A stretch of 64,000 nt of DNA, taken from the IMG/VR virus record IMGVR_UViG_3300020577_003313. One strand, 5' to 3'. A model generated the notes under the pieces. That model saw nothing but the letters and a program-made list of their open reading frames with translations. It made no database searches and was not told the origin of the DNA. This DNA is from a virus. Its lineage: Duplodnaviria; Caudoviricetes. Position 1 is the stretch's first letter. The number at the start of each line of letters is the position of its first letter. Shown here piece after piece: positions 1-9,253 of this stretch. The position numbers and the translations under genes are program-made.

Positions 1-104
1 TGCTTTAAGACTCCTACCTCAAAGTGCTTAGTCCTTAAAATATTAGGCTCAAAGTCACCGATTATCCACCCGCGATGGAAGTCTTTAAGGTTCGCGTGCT
101 TCAT
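1..104 (-). CDS. Cupin-like protein, N-terminal part (runs off the window)
   Basis: Own translation from ATG at 104: MKHANLKDFHRGWIIGDFEPNILRTKHFEVGVLK. The GWxxGDFEP motif is typical of small cupins next to sugar NTP-transferases. Confidence 0.65.
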   Translation of the reverse strand, partial: MKHANLKDFHRGWIIGDFEPNILRTKHFEVGVLK

Positions 105-825
105 TAAGATATTTTCTTAAGTCTTCTGGAGTTCCAACAGGCCAGAACGAAGATACGGGTATATGGTAAGAACCCACTATCTGTTTCCGTTTGATCATAT
201 AATTATACGACTTAGATATGTAGTACTCTCCGTTAGGAGCGGTATCTTTAGCCATAAACATATCTTCAGCACTTCTACAGAAGTACTTAGCTTTTCTCCA
301 GAAATGGATACCGGTTAAAGCTGTATTGCTTATCTTAACTTTCTCGGTTAGCTTTACAGCATGACCATGGTTATCCAATTTTATGAAGCTGTGCGCTTCA
401 TTTCCACCTTCAAATGTATTTACTATACCATCAAACCAATCACAGGTATTGCAGAAGGTATGGAAGGACATACCTGACCACTTCATTATCTGGTCGCAAT
501 TAGCAGTAAATAATTGTTGTTCTTCATCAATGTTGAAGTGCATGATAGCGTTATACACGGTAGTAGCAGGACCGCTAGTTACTGTGTCGAAAGTATAGAT
601 GTTCGGATTCTTGTACTCCGACTCAAGTTCTTTTATCAAGTCAAGATAGCCGTCAAACTTTCTAATAGCGAAGTAGATATTGTCTACCGGGAACTCTAAA
701 GAGTTCACTGATGCAATAAGCATCGGCGCGCCATCTATATTTATCAAAGGCTTTATCTTGCTAAAACCTTGGTTAACAAATCTAGATCCCAGTCCTCCGA
801 CTGGGATGATTAAGTTGCTAGTCAT
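85..825 (-). CDS. Sugar-phosphate nucleotidyltransferase (NTP_transferase/GT-A fold)
   Basis: IIPVGGLGSRF...KPLI N-terminal motif, ANCDQ, EKVKIS, NGEYY, GTPEDL. Confidence 0.85.
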   Translation of the reverse strand: MTSNLIIPVGGLGSRFVNQGFSKIKPLINIDGAPMLIASVNSLEFPVDNIYFAIRKFDGYLDLIKELESEYKNPNIYTFDTVTSGPATTVYNAIMHFNIDEEQQLFTANCDQIMKWSGMSFHTFCNTCDWFDGIVNTFEGGNEAHSFIKLDNHGHAVKLTEKVKISNTALTGIHFWRKAKYFCRSAEDMFMAKDTAPNGEYYISKSYNYMIKRKQIVGSYHIPVSSFWPVGTPEDLRKYLNEAREP

Positions 826-1420
826 TAGTAGGTGGATAGATGTAAAGCGGATCCGTCTCCGCGTACGAGACTAGCTCTAACTTCCACTTAAGGCAATGAC
901 AGGCTATACCTAGACGTTTCATAAGAGGTAGTAAGTAGTCTACCTTACTTACGTTATGCTTAGCATATCTTTCCATCAGTTGCCTTTCTGTAGGCTTAGC
1001 CTCAGTAGAGGTATCCTCGTCCATGACTTTAGTCATTAAATTGACTGGCAGCCCTATCGCGTAGTCTATGTAGTAGCCTCCGTCCCAGTTATGATAAGCT
1101 AGTACAGAAAGCTTAGTAGGATCTATGTTGTCCATTAGTAAGTCAGGATTACTAATGATCATGTCCGCGCGGATCTTAAGTAAGTAATCTATTCCCTTGT
1201 CCTCGGCAAGCTGGCACCCAGCCAGCGCACCTTCGAACTGTAAGTTGGAATTACCATAGCCTGGATTGTTTGGCTTTTGAGACCAGATACTCATGACAGG
1301 ATTAGGACCAAGAGTACCATTCCATAGTGAATATAAAACTGGTGTCTTGTAGTTCTGGTAGTGACTATGGAGCTGATCTAAATATTGATCAGTACCTTGT
1401 ACTAAGATTGCTTTTCTCAC
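818..1420 (-). CDS. Putative WavE-like polysaccharide synthesis protein
   Basis: ILVQG start, NxNLQ and LKIRADM motifs; located in the sugar cluster. Confidence 0.45.
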   Translation of the reverse strand: MRKAILVQGTDQYLDQLHSHYQNYKTPVLYSLWNGTLGPNPVMSIWSQKPNNPGYGNSNLQFEGALAGCQLAEDKGIDYLLKIRADMIISNPDLLMDNIDPTKLSVLAYHNWDGGYYIDYAIGLPVNLMTKVMDEDTSTEAKPTERQLMERYAKHNVSKVDYLLPLMKRLGIACHCLKWKLELVSYAETDPLYIYPPTND

Positions 1421-2088
1421 GTCCAGCCTCTTAGACCAAAATTAAATTGCGGAGCTAGACTTATGAGTTCTTGCTTATACTCTAAGTTCCATTTGCCCTT
1501 GCATACTGCGGTAGCAGCACAAGGAAAGACTGCTGAATCAAAATGGTTGACGCCTCTCTTAGGTTCTCCAGCATACCAGTAGAGTCCGTTGGTATGATTA
1601 TTCTTCTCTTCGGATTCTAACTGCCAGATATTATGCTGGGGATACTTATCTAAGTATCCCAGTATAAAGTCTTTATTGAACAGAGAGGCTTGTATAGCAA
1701 AATTATAGTCTACCTTATACAGGTACTTATGTGCAGTACTCTTAGCAGAAGATTCTGCTTTCATAAATCTTATGAAGTCTATATTATTCTCCATAACGTC
1801 AGCACAGTATAGTAAAAGGTTCCTATTAATGTTCCTATATAGAATAAAGTCTTCGTGGACAAATGCAAAATATTTGTTTTTTACTGTAGCTCTAATACCA
1901 TTTGCAAGTCTTCTTGAGTATGATAAACTATTATCATATTCCTGAAATAGATATCCAGGTATCTTGGGATCTTTGTCCGATAGAATTATCGGATTAAGAT
2001 CTCTAATTCCGTACTTTGCATAAGCAGAAACAAATAGATCTAGTACATCACGATACTCTGAGTTTGTATATATTAGCAGATCTATCAT
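1417..2088 (-). CDS. Putative glycosyltransferase (GT-A-like)
   Basis: FVHEDF DxD-like motif, IWQLE; cluster context. Confidence 0.55.
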   Translation of the reverse strand: MIDLLIYTNSEYRDVLDLFVSAYAKYGIRDLNPIILSDKDPKIPGYLFQEYDNSLSYSRRLANGIRATVKNKYFAFVHEDFILYRNINRNLLLYCADVMENNIDFIRFMKAESSAKSTAHKYLYKVDYNFAIQASLFNKDFILGYLDKYPQHNIWQLESEEKNNHTNGLYWYAGEPKRGVNHFDSAVFPCAATAVCKGKWNLEYKQELISLAPQFNFGLRGWT

Positions 2089-2723
2089 CTTACTTCTACT
2101 ATCTTGAAGGTCTTATTGTAATGCTTGTCGTCGTTTTGGATCGGTCTGGATCCGAAGTTTTTAGCATGTATAGCATCTGGTGGTAAAAATCTGCTGTCGT
2201 TACAAAATTCTGTTATTATTGAGTAACCTAGATTGCGATTTAACTCAGTTCCAAACTCAGTATAATGATCATAGTCATCAATCAGTATTATTGTGCCAGA
2301 CTTTACTACTGGCCCTAGCTTAGAATACCATCTAGCTCTAGCTATTCCGTCTGGACCATCTATGCTAATGAAGTCTGCCTTTGGTAAGTGTGTTAAGTCT
2401 ACTTTATCTATGTAGTTGAATACATCTTTATCTTTATGATTGTCTACAAACTTTCTCGGAAGATCATAGTTAATGTAGTTGACGTTAGGCAAATCATAGT
2501 AGCAGTACTCTTTATTGTTTTCTATACAATTAAATATGTAAGATTTGTAATTAGTTCTGAGGATGTCGTTAAATATTTTCGTAGACATTCCTCCTCCTAT
2601 TTCTAGGAACACCGGAGTCTCTATATTCTTATTAATAGACTCTAGAGCTATTCTAACAGAAGCCTCAGAAAGAGAAACCCCGCCTGTGAACAGCTTGCAC
2701 AAATCTAAGTTTAGGTTTATCAT
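2085..2723 (-). CDS. Class I SAM-dependent methyltransferase
   Basis: FLEIGGGMST motif I; DFISIDGP; GTIILIDD. Confidence 0.75.
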   Translation of the reverse strand: MINLNLDLCKLFTGGVSLSEASVRIALESINKNIETPVFLEIGGGMSTKIFNDILRTNYKSYIFNCIENNKEYCYYDLPNVNYINYDLPRKFVDNHKDKDVFNYIDKVDLTHLPKADFISIDGPDGIARARWYSKLGPVVKSGTIILIDDYDHYTEFGTELNRNLGYSIITEFCNDSRFLPPDAIHAKNFGSRPIQNDDKHYNKTFKIVEVR

Positions 2724-3709
2724 TTTACAGAACTGATGTAGTCTCTGAAGGTATTATGCTCGTCATAGAATGACGGACTGCTTAGTACTTTATTTCTATC
2801 TAGATCTAGTTCTAGCTTATCCCACTTAAAATCCTCAAGCGGAGTATAAGTAATGCCAACCCATTCAGGCTTTTCATGGTCTGGAACATGAGTGGCAAAA
2901 CTCTTTAGGCCATTAAGTCCGTGCTTTAAGATCTTATCAAGCATTAAGATTTTCTCATCTAGACCACCTTCTAACTTATGACCTAGATATCTATTCTGTT
3001 TTAGGTGACCACCTACAAAACCAATATGATTGGTTCTAGCTTGGTCTGGCTTGATAGCATAAAGATTGTGAGCTTCTATGATTCTTTCTATGGCGCCATC
3101 ATGATCTATGTGACCGTGTTCTGGCCTGATCCTAGAGTTAGGATAATACCTAGCAAAGAAGGAAGCTGGATCTTCGAAGTATCCAGGCATCTCCATGACT
3201 GGAAGCATATACTTCTCTACCGCCTCACGTGTTATGCACGTCGGAGATGTACATTGAGGATCCCCAATAAGGAGTGAAGGATCACCTGGAAGGTGAACGA
3301 CATGCCGCCGCTTATGAGCAGCACAAAATATTCTTGGATACTTAGTAAGATAGCGAGTATAGCATTCATGGTTAAATCTTAGGAAGTCTGGAGACACTGG
3401 AGTGTCTTCCTCTCCTATGACTAGATACGGAGCATCGCTTTCTTTAAGCGAAATTCTGTAGCTATCCATGATATTGTAGCTAGCAAGCTGAGCATTCTTT
3501 CTATGGTCTTTCACGAATGTCTTCACATTTGTTTTGACCAAAGTCTTAAAAAACTCAATTACTTTGTGAGTATCTGGATCGTGTCCGTGATCAGGAAAAA
3601 AGAATATATCGTAATCGTTAATTTCCTTACACTTAAGATAGCTATTTAGAGTTACATAGAGAAACTCTGGACGCTGATAGCAGCTAATTGCAATTACTGG
3701 TTTTCTCAT
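2720..3709 (-). CDS. Glycosyltransferase (GT-A fold)
   Basis: ISCYQRPE, IGEEDTPVSPDF, RTNHIGF. Confidence 0.75.
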   Translation of the reverse strand: MRKPVIAISCYQRPEFLYVTLNSYLKCKEINDYDIFFFPDHGHDPDTHKVIEFFKTLVKTNVKTFVKDHRKNAQLASYNIMDSYRISLKESDAPYLVIGEEDTPVSPDFLRFNHECYTRYLTKYPRIFCAAHKRRHVVHLPGDPSLLIGDPQCTSPTCITREAVEKYMLPVMEMPGYFEDPASFFARYYPNSRIRPEHGHIDHDGAIERIIEAHNLYAIKPDQARTNHIGFVGGHLKQNRYLGHKLEGGLDEKILMLDKILKHGLNGLKSFATHVPDHEKPEWVGITYTPLEDFKWDKLELDLDRNKVLSSPSFYDEHNTFRDYISSVK

Positions 3710-4726
3710 TTATTGCCAAATATTAGGTGTTCTCGGAATTACGATCGGCCGTTCATTTGTTGATTTGACTGTATTGTATACAGGTATGAATCCAGTTGAG
3801 ATACAATTGATCAACTGAATAACATCTTCTTGTTTAATACCCTTAGACACATACTCATAAAGGTAATAGAACTTGGACATAGCTTGTCCAAGATGATGTT
3901 TAAACTGAAATACAAAATCTCTAAAGTCATCTGGCCATGCCGATGCCTTGGTCATTTCTAAGAACTTGGGAATATTCTTTAGATCATATTTAACCACGAG
4001 ACGGTTAAATTCTTGCTCTTCTTCTTGAGTTAAGAGCCGTGCCCCAGGTCCAGATTCGTGAATAGGATTAGAAACATTGTAGACACATTCATTGTAAATG
4101 AATGACTCGATAGTCTTCATGTGATAGAAGAAGCATCTATGATCGCCGATAGGGGCCTCAATCATTTTAGGCGAAGGACTATAGATGCTGTCTACCTGAG
4201 TTGGAGTAACATGCATCCCGCACGGACTATGGATGAAGTAGTTATGCTTGGAGCTTTTTCTATAGAAGATCCTCTTGGATCTTCTTAGGTAATCCTCTTG
4301 AGAAGGACTCTCTTGAACTCTCCAGAAGTTATTGCTACTATCTACAGCAAGATATGTTAGAGAAGGGATATAGACTATATTAAGTTGCGGCAGCTGGCTA
4401 ATTACTTTGTCTATGTTAGATACAACAGACATTAGGTTTTCACTTGGAAACTCGTCATCATCAAGAGCAAGTATCCAGTCGCCGTCTTCTACTACAGAGT
4501 TTCTCTTGTAGTACTGATCTACATGTCTTCCCTTCCACGGGGAATCTACTACTCTAAGATTAGGTATGCCACTGTAGAATGCTTTCGCGCTCTCAGTTAA
4601 GTTCCCGTCGACGACTACTGAATAGTCAAATCGGTGAGCATAATTTTGAAGAGCCCACTTTAATATGGAACCCGGAATGCCGTCTCCAGCATTCATAGTA
4701 ATATAGCCAAGTACAGTTTTGGTCAT
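3710..4726 (-). CDS. Glycosyltransferase family 2-like
   Basis: VVVDG and WILALDDDE motifs. Confidence 0.7.
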   Translation of the reverse strand: MTKTVLGYITMNAGDGIPGSILKWALQNYAHRFDYSVVVDGNLTESAKAFYSGIPNLRVVDSPWKGRHVDQYYKRNSVVEDGDWILALDDDEFPSENLMSVVSNIDKVISQLPQLNIVYIPSLTYLAVDSSNNFWRVQESPSQEDYLRRSKRIFYRKSSKHNYFIHSPCGMHVTPTQVDSIYSPSPKMIEAPIGDHRCFFYHMKTIESFIYNECVYNVSNPIHESGPGARLLTQEEEQEFNRLVVKYDLKNIPKFLEMTKASAWPDDFRDFVFQFKHHLGQAMSKFYYLYEYVSKGIKQEDVIQLINCISTGFIPVYNTVKSTNERPIVIPRTPNIWQ

Positions 4727-4968
4727 TTTTCTCTCTTATTGAATCCTTTGTGCCATATATAATGGGTAATCGTGTTACCAATTTTTAGGATTCTAGTCTC
4801 AGACTCTTCGGGCCAGAAGATGTGTAGTAGCTCGTGTATTAATGTTCCAAGGTAAAGTCTGTCCGGCATGCCAGAGCGAAGTTCTATTTTGTCTTTGCCT
4901 ATGTAGGCATAGCCATAGTACTTTCGTAGCTTCCTTTCTTTTATCTTTACCCTATGAAGCTTAACCAC
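4723..4968 (-). CDS. Small HEXXH zincin-like protein
   Basis: TLIHELLH. Confidence 0.6.
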   Translation of the reverse strand: MVKLHRVKIKERKLRKYYGYAYIGKDKIELRSGMPDRLYLGTLIHELLHIFWPEESETRILKIGNTITHYIWHKGFNKREK

Positions 4969-4983
4969 GTTAGCTCAGGCTTA

Positions 4984-5697
4984 TCACTTTAGTCCGTGGC
5001 AAATCATGTTCTGCCACGTCGGATGGTGATGGTATATTCTAGTTGATCCGTGAATATAAGGATCTACGACTGATCCTATATCAATGTAGGAATTTCTTGG
5101 GTTCCTCTGGAACATAGATTTAATTACTATTTTGCTAATAGGCCCCACAGAAATCAAGAAAATCTTATCGCTATACTTACTGGCTATATGTTCACAGATT
5201 CTCTTTAGGCCCTGCATTCTGTTCTCGTCGTTGAATAGCTCAACGCTATTCGCCGGGAAGTATGCTGCGTCAATAACTTTAAATGGAAGGTTAGTGGCTC
5301 CTCTGAGCTTATCATTTCCAAAGATAATTACTTCCTTATCTTTTAGCCATGATATAACCTTGCTGTAGTTTCCGTTGACAAATATATTGGAGTAGGTTAC
5401 TCTATCGTTCCATATAGTACCCAACTCTTTTCTATAGTACTCAGACTTTTCTTTATCACAGCAAGGACAAGAAACGCCGAAGTAATAATTTGAAGCTCTA
5501 TATCCAAGAGCTGCTTCTAGTTCTCTAGATACAACTTCAAACTCTGGCGCCATGCGCCAGTCATATCCAGTAAGAGGTGTCTTAGTTAAGACAGCATGCT
5601 CACCATCAGCGAATCTACTAAAAGCAAAATGATCACGTCGATCTGCGGCACTTAGAATTGAGTCCAGATCTTTTACAAAGTCTTTAATTAGAAGCAT
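4984..5697 (-). CDS. GT-D fold (DUF1792-like) glycosyltransferase
   Basis: SRFADGE, LISVGP and IDIGS motifs characteristic of GT-D. Confidence 0.75.
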   Translation of the reverse strand: MLLIKDFVKDLDSILSAADRRDHFAFSRFADGEHAVLTKTPLTGYDWRMAPEFEVVSRELEAALGYRASNYYFGVSCPCCDKEKSEYYRKELGTIWNDRVTYSNIFVNGNYSKVISWLKDKEVIIFGNDKLRGATNLPFKVIDAAYFPANSVELFNDENRMQGLKRICEHIASKYSDKIFLISVGPISKIVIKSMFQRNPRNSYIDIGSVVDPYIHGSTRIYHHHPTWQNMICHGLK

Positions 5698-5703
5698 ATT
5701 ACT

Positions 5704-6483
5704 TTACTGAATTCCTTTCAGGGTTTTCCATCCTACATTCAGGCACTTACGGATAGCTTCATCTCTCTCAGAGAAGAACTGAGTGTGGCTAATAACTTTG
5801 CCATTAGACATGGCAACGTCATCTACACCTAGCTCATATGGTTTAGTAGAGCCCCACACATTTGGTAGTGAAGTAGGGTGAGGAGGACAGAATGTTTGGG
5901 TGCCGTATAATTTTTGAGCAAAAGCTGAAAGCTGTATATCCTCGGCATTCTGAAGAGTAACAGGATCATATGCCCAGAGGGCATTTAGTACTTTTCTATT
6001 AAAGAACCAAGCGTGACCAACCAGGTCAACGCGCTCTATCTTCTCGTTTCTAGATGGCCATCCGACTCTTACATGATCGGCATACTTCGAGGAGTTAAGA
6101 ATAACTCCAGCAGATCCTAGAATAGGATTTATTACTCCGGCAGTAGCTAGTCTACTAGTAGTGAGTAAACAATTTGAGTACCAATCTGGACCAGGAATAG
6201 TATCATCGTCTAGATAAGAAAGGTACTCAGTATCTGCTAATAACCCTAACGCGAATCTACCGTGGAACTTAAAGTTCCTAGAAGACCAGACGACAACGTC
6301 GACGCCGTCAATTCTTATATCTGATTCTTCATTGTCTTCATGATAGTTACACCATACCCATAGCTCATGGTTTATAGCCTTGTTATTAAACAAGGACTGT
6401 CCTCTAACTGCCTTTACCTGGGCCTCAAGATTTTGAGGTCTTCTATAGCAGTTGAGGATTGTTACTATGTGATTCTTAGTCAT
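5704..6483 (-). CDS. Glycosyltransferase family 2
   Basis: LNCYRRP, YLDDDTIPG, AEDIQLS. Confidence 0.8.
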   Translation of the reverse strand: MTKNHIVTILNCYRRPQNLEAQVKAVRGQSLFNNKAINHELWVWCNYHEDNEESDIRIDGVDVVVWSSRNFKFHGRFALGLLADTEYLSYLDDDTIPGPDWYSNCLLTTSRLATAGVINPILGSAGVILNSSKYADHVRVGWPSRNEKIERVDLVGHAWFFNRKVLNALWAYDPVTLQNAEDIQLSAFAQKLYGTQTFCPPHPTSLPNVWGSTKPYELGVDDVAMSNGKVISHTQFFSERDEAIRKCLNVGWKTLKGIQ

Positions 6484-7084
6484 ATGTTCTTCCTGTTATC
6501 TTTCTAAACTGTTCCTTCATACTATCCATAGTAACTCCTTCCGTGCCCAAGATAGAGGCGATCAAAGCTCGATCGGATAGTAGTCTTGCTTCCTTAGAGT
6601 AGTCTAGACCTAGCTGATTAGCTAGGACATGAACTCTTCTCATGAACATCTTATCTACAGTCTTACCAATGCTGATGCTTTCTCTATAGGCATAGAGCAA
6701 CATAGCTAACCGCGCTGTCATATCCATAGACAGCATCCCAAAGAGTGCTTCTTCTGGAGAGTTATGGTACCAGTCAGCAAAGAAATGATCATTAGTTTCG
6801 GCGCTTAGGATGCTAATCTCATCTCTAAAATCGTCGAGCTTACCAGATATGATCTCAAATAAATTAGCATCGCTAAACATTGTTAGCTCTACATGTGGCT
6901 CAAAATGATGCCACAGTAAATCTTCTGGCTCTCTGTATTGATATATGATCTGCAAGATCTCGAAATACCTAGGAAGATACTTCTCAAGTGAGTCTTTCTT
7001 TTCCGCGTGTTCGGTAAGGATAAAGTTTATTCGGTAGTTCTTTTTACCGAGATCTTCGTAAGTTATTTTAGTCATTTTTGACAA
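6476..7084 (-). CDS. Hypothetical protein resembling the lantibiotic dehydratase C-terminal (elimination) domain
   Basis: EPHVEL and HVLANQLGLxxxxE resemble the PHLRL and HMxxNRLG...E motifs of Lant_dehydr_C. Confidence 0.4.
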   Translation of the reverse strand: MSKMTKITYEDLGKKNYRINFILTEHAEKKDSLEKYLPRYFEILQIIYQYREPEDLLWHHFEPHVELTMFSDANLFEIISGKLDDFRDEISILSAETNDHFFADWYHNSPEEALFGMLSMDMTARLAMLLYAYRESISIGKTVDKMFMRRVHVLANQLGLDYSKEARLLSDRALIASILGTEGVTMDSMKEQFRKITGRTYD

Positions 7085-7899
7085 TTCGCGTGAATGAGAT
7101 CTAGGTTCTCTCTTGTTCTCTTTCTTAGGAACTCAACGAGTTCTATACCATGCATGCCATCGCAGTACCACTGTTCTTTTACTGCACCATATCTTTTATT
7201 AGTGATTACATTTAGTCTCATGCATCTAGCTTCCACAACTAGCCTACAGAAAGATTCTCTAACATTAGGAAAATAGACAAGCGTTGAGTACTTTGAAAGA
7301 ACATCATAGAACTGACGCTGTGGCACTTTCGGTAGGATTTCATAATCCAGAGTGTTCATTTTACAGAACCCAATAGCATTCTCTTGGCCCTTATCAGGGC
7401 CAGTATCTCCTATAATCGCGAACTTTGTACTTCGTTTTGCTTCAAATGACAAATATTGAAGAGCTCTTAGTTCTGCTTCGTCCCATATTGAAGTAGAAAG
7501 ATTAACAAAGTTTGCTTCAATACCATTAGCCCGGTAACATTCTAGGTGATCTGTTGACTGGAGATAGACAACTCTAGCGCGTCTAAAGAATCCAAGATTC
7601 ACTAGTTCGTTCTTTGGGAACACTCCATTAGGATATCTATGAGGCTGTCTTGTAGGATGAATCTTATAGTCGTGTTCAAAGATAGAATAATTGCCGTTGT
7701 CCATTAGAAGTTCTTTGAACTTCTCGTTCAACATTGTAGCGTTACTGACTATGTAGTGATGATCATATCTATAAGATACTACATCGCGGCTCTTTATAAC
7801 CTCGTAGTTGAGGGCTTTGTAGATATTTCTATCTACCATTTCTCCCCCAGCTTGATAGTCTTCGACTGTATAGTCGGCAATATATTTAACTTCTCTCAT
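7072..7899 (-). CDS. Glycosyltransferase (GT-B/GT4-like)
   Basis: DKG, ESFCRLVVEA (E-x7-E) motif. Confidence 0.75.
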   Translation of the reverse strand: MREVKYIADYTVEDYQAGGEMVDRNIYKALNYEVIKSRDVVSYRYDHHYIVSNATMLNEKFKELLMDNGNYSIFEHDYKIHPTRQPHRYPNGVFPKNELVNLGFFRRARVVYLQSTDHLECYRANGIEANFVNLSTSIWDEAELRALQYLSFEAKRSTKFAIIGDTGPDKGQENAIGFCKMNTLDYEILPKVPQRQFYDVLSKYSTLVYFPNVRESFCRLVVEARCMRLNVITNKRYGAVKEQWYCDGMHGIELVEFLRKRTRENLDLIHANCQK

Positions 7900-7902
7900 A
7901 GA

Positions 7903-8682
7903 TCAAAAAGGTATCTCAAAGTGATACTCATTATTATCCCAGAGTTCCTCATATGAAAGATAAGGACTCATAGTAGATTCATACTGATAGTGATGTCCTA
8001 GAGAAGGCATAGGAGAGAAGCACGGAATCTTACTATAGATAGTGTTGATTGTGTTGTCTTCGTTAACTCCGGGAACTGTACCATACTGCGTGAACATTCC
8101 AAAAGCGTTTCTAAATGCTTTGAATGCTTTAGAGGAAATCATTAGAGTTCCAGTAGTATGCCCTACTGTTCTCCAGTGTCTGTGCCTTCCGAGTACAATA
8201 TATGAAGAGTAGAGTTTATCCGGACTATATCTGTCTGGATAATCTACTGGATGAGTTACTACTTCATCCTGACGAATACTAGGTCCAACTTCGTTGTGAA
8301 TATCTACCATCTCTGATAGAGCTTCGGGACATAGTAAATAGTCGTCTTCTAAAAAGAAGATCAAGACATCATCAGGTAGTGAATCTGCTATCTGGTAGCA
8401 AGCAGCCAGAGATGCTCCATTACCTGTATCTTTAGTTAAGGATACAAACTTAGCTCCGGTCGGAGCATTTTCTTTTAGAAAATGAACTGTTTCTTCAGAA
8501 GAATGATCATCCACAATGATCAGCTCTGTTTTAAATTCTTTGAATCTTATGTTTGAAAGTAAAGAATTAAAGCATCTTCTGATTACTTCACTCTTCTCAT
8601 TAATTCTAGGATGTCCGGAGACAGCGTTTACTCTATCACAGGTCCTAAGGATGACAACAACTTTATTGTACTTGGCGCTCAT
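7903..8682 (-). CDS. Glycosyltransferase family 2
   Basis: IIVDDHS, FFLEDDY. Confidence 0.8.
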   Translation of the reverse strand: MSAKYNKVVVILRTCDRVNAVSGHPRINEKSEVIRRCFNSLLSNIRFKEFKTELIIVDDHSSEETVHFLKENAPTGAKFVSLTKDTGNGASLAACYQIADSLPDDVLIFFLEDDYLLCPEALSEMVDIHNEVGPSIRQDEVVTHPVDYPDRYSPDKLYSSYIVLGRHRHWRTVGHTTGTLMISSKAFKAFRNAFGMFTQYGTVPGVNEDNTINTIYSKIPCFSPMPSLGHHYQYESTMSPYLSYEELWDNNEYHFEIPF

Positions 8683-9014
8683 GACTCGGAGAACTCCCCT
8701 TCTAGGGTTATAACAGAATCTTCTGGGAAATGGTATTCGACTCTGGTGTGATTCTTTTCAAAAGATTGGTCAATAGGAAAGTTAAGAGGATGTTCATTTT
8801 TAGATATAGTATTGTATGCTATTGCGAATACCCATCTAAATTCATAGTCGTCATAGATGCAGTAAATTCTTACAGACATCTTAGTCTTTTCTGATGTTAC
8901 CAGAATAGATCCCGGTAGCTTGTCTACCGATATAGCTTCAATCTTCTGGTTTCTGCCAAAGCCTTTTAGCAGAATAGACTTTTCGTCTAATGCTTGCAGT
9001 ACAAGTGATCTCAT
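8679..9014 (-). CDS. Hypothetical protein
   Basis: ORF coupled to its neighbours by ATGA overlaps. Confidence 0.6.
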   Translation of the reverse strand: MRSLVLQALDEKSILLKGFGRNQKIEAISVDKLPGSILVTSEKTKMSVRIYCIYDDYEFRWVFAIAYNTISKNEHPLNFPIDQSFEKNHTRVEYHFPEDSVITLEGEFSES

Positions 9015-9250
9015 CTTAGTATTGTTATTTCTAGTTTTTCGATTCTGTGAGTATCTATAAGATGGTACTCTTGTAAATACTCCATTACATCTTTTCTTCT
9101 ATAGAAGAAAGGTACAAATTTATTCCAAGAATTTGTGTGAAGTTTATTGGTATGTCTATCGAATATAAACCAATATCTTTTCTTGGTAATAGTCTCTACT
9201 TCTGGTGACTTGTTGGTATTAGAAAATACCTTCCGTCTTCTGTGTGACAT
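9011..9250 (-). CDS. Hypothetical protein
   Basis: ORF in operon-like packing. Confidence 0.55.
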   Translation of the reverse strand: MSHRRRKVFSNTNKSPEVETITKKRYWFIFDRHTNKLHTNSWNKFVPFFYRRKDVMEYLQEYHLIDTHRIEKLEITILR

Positions 9251-9253
9251 ATG

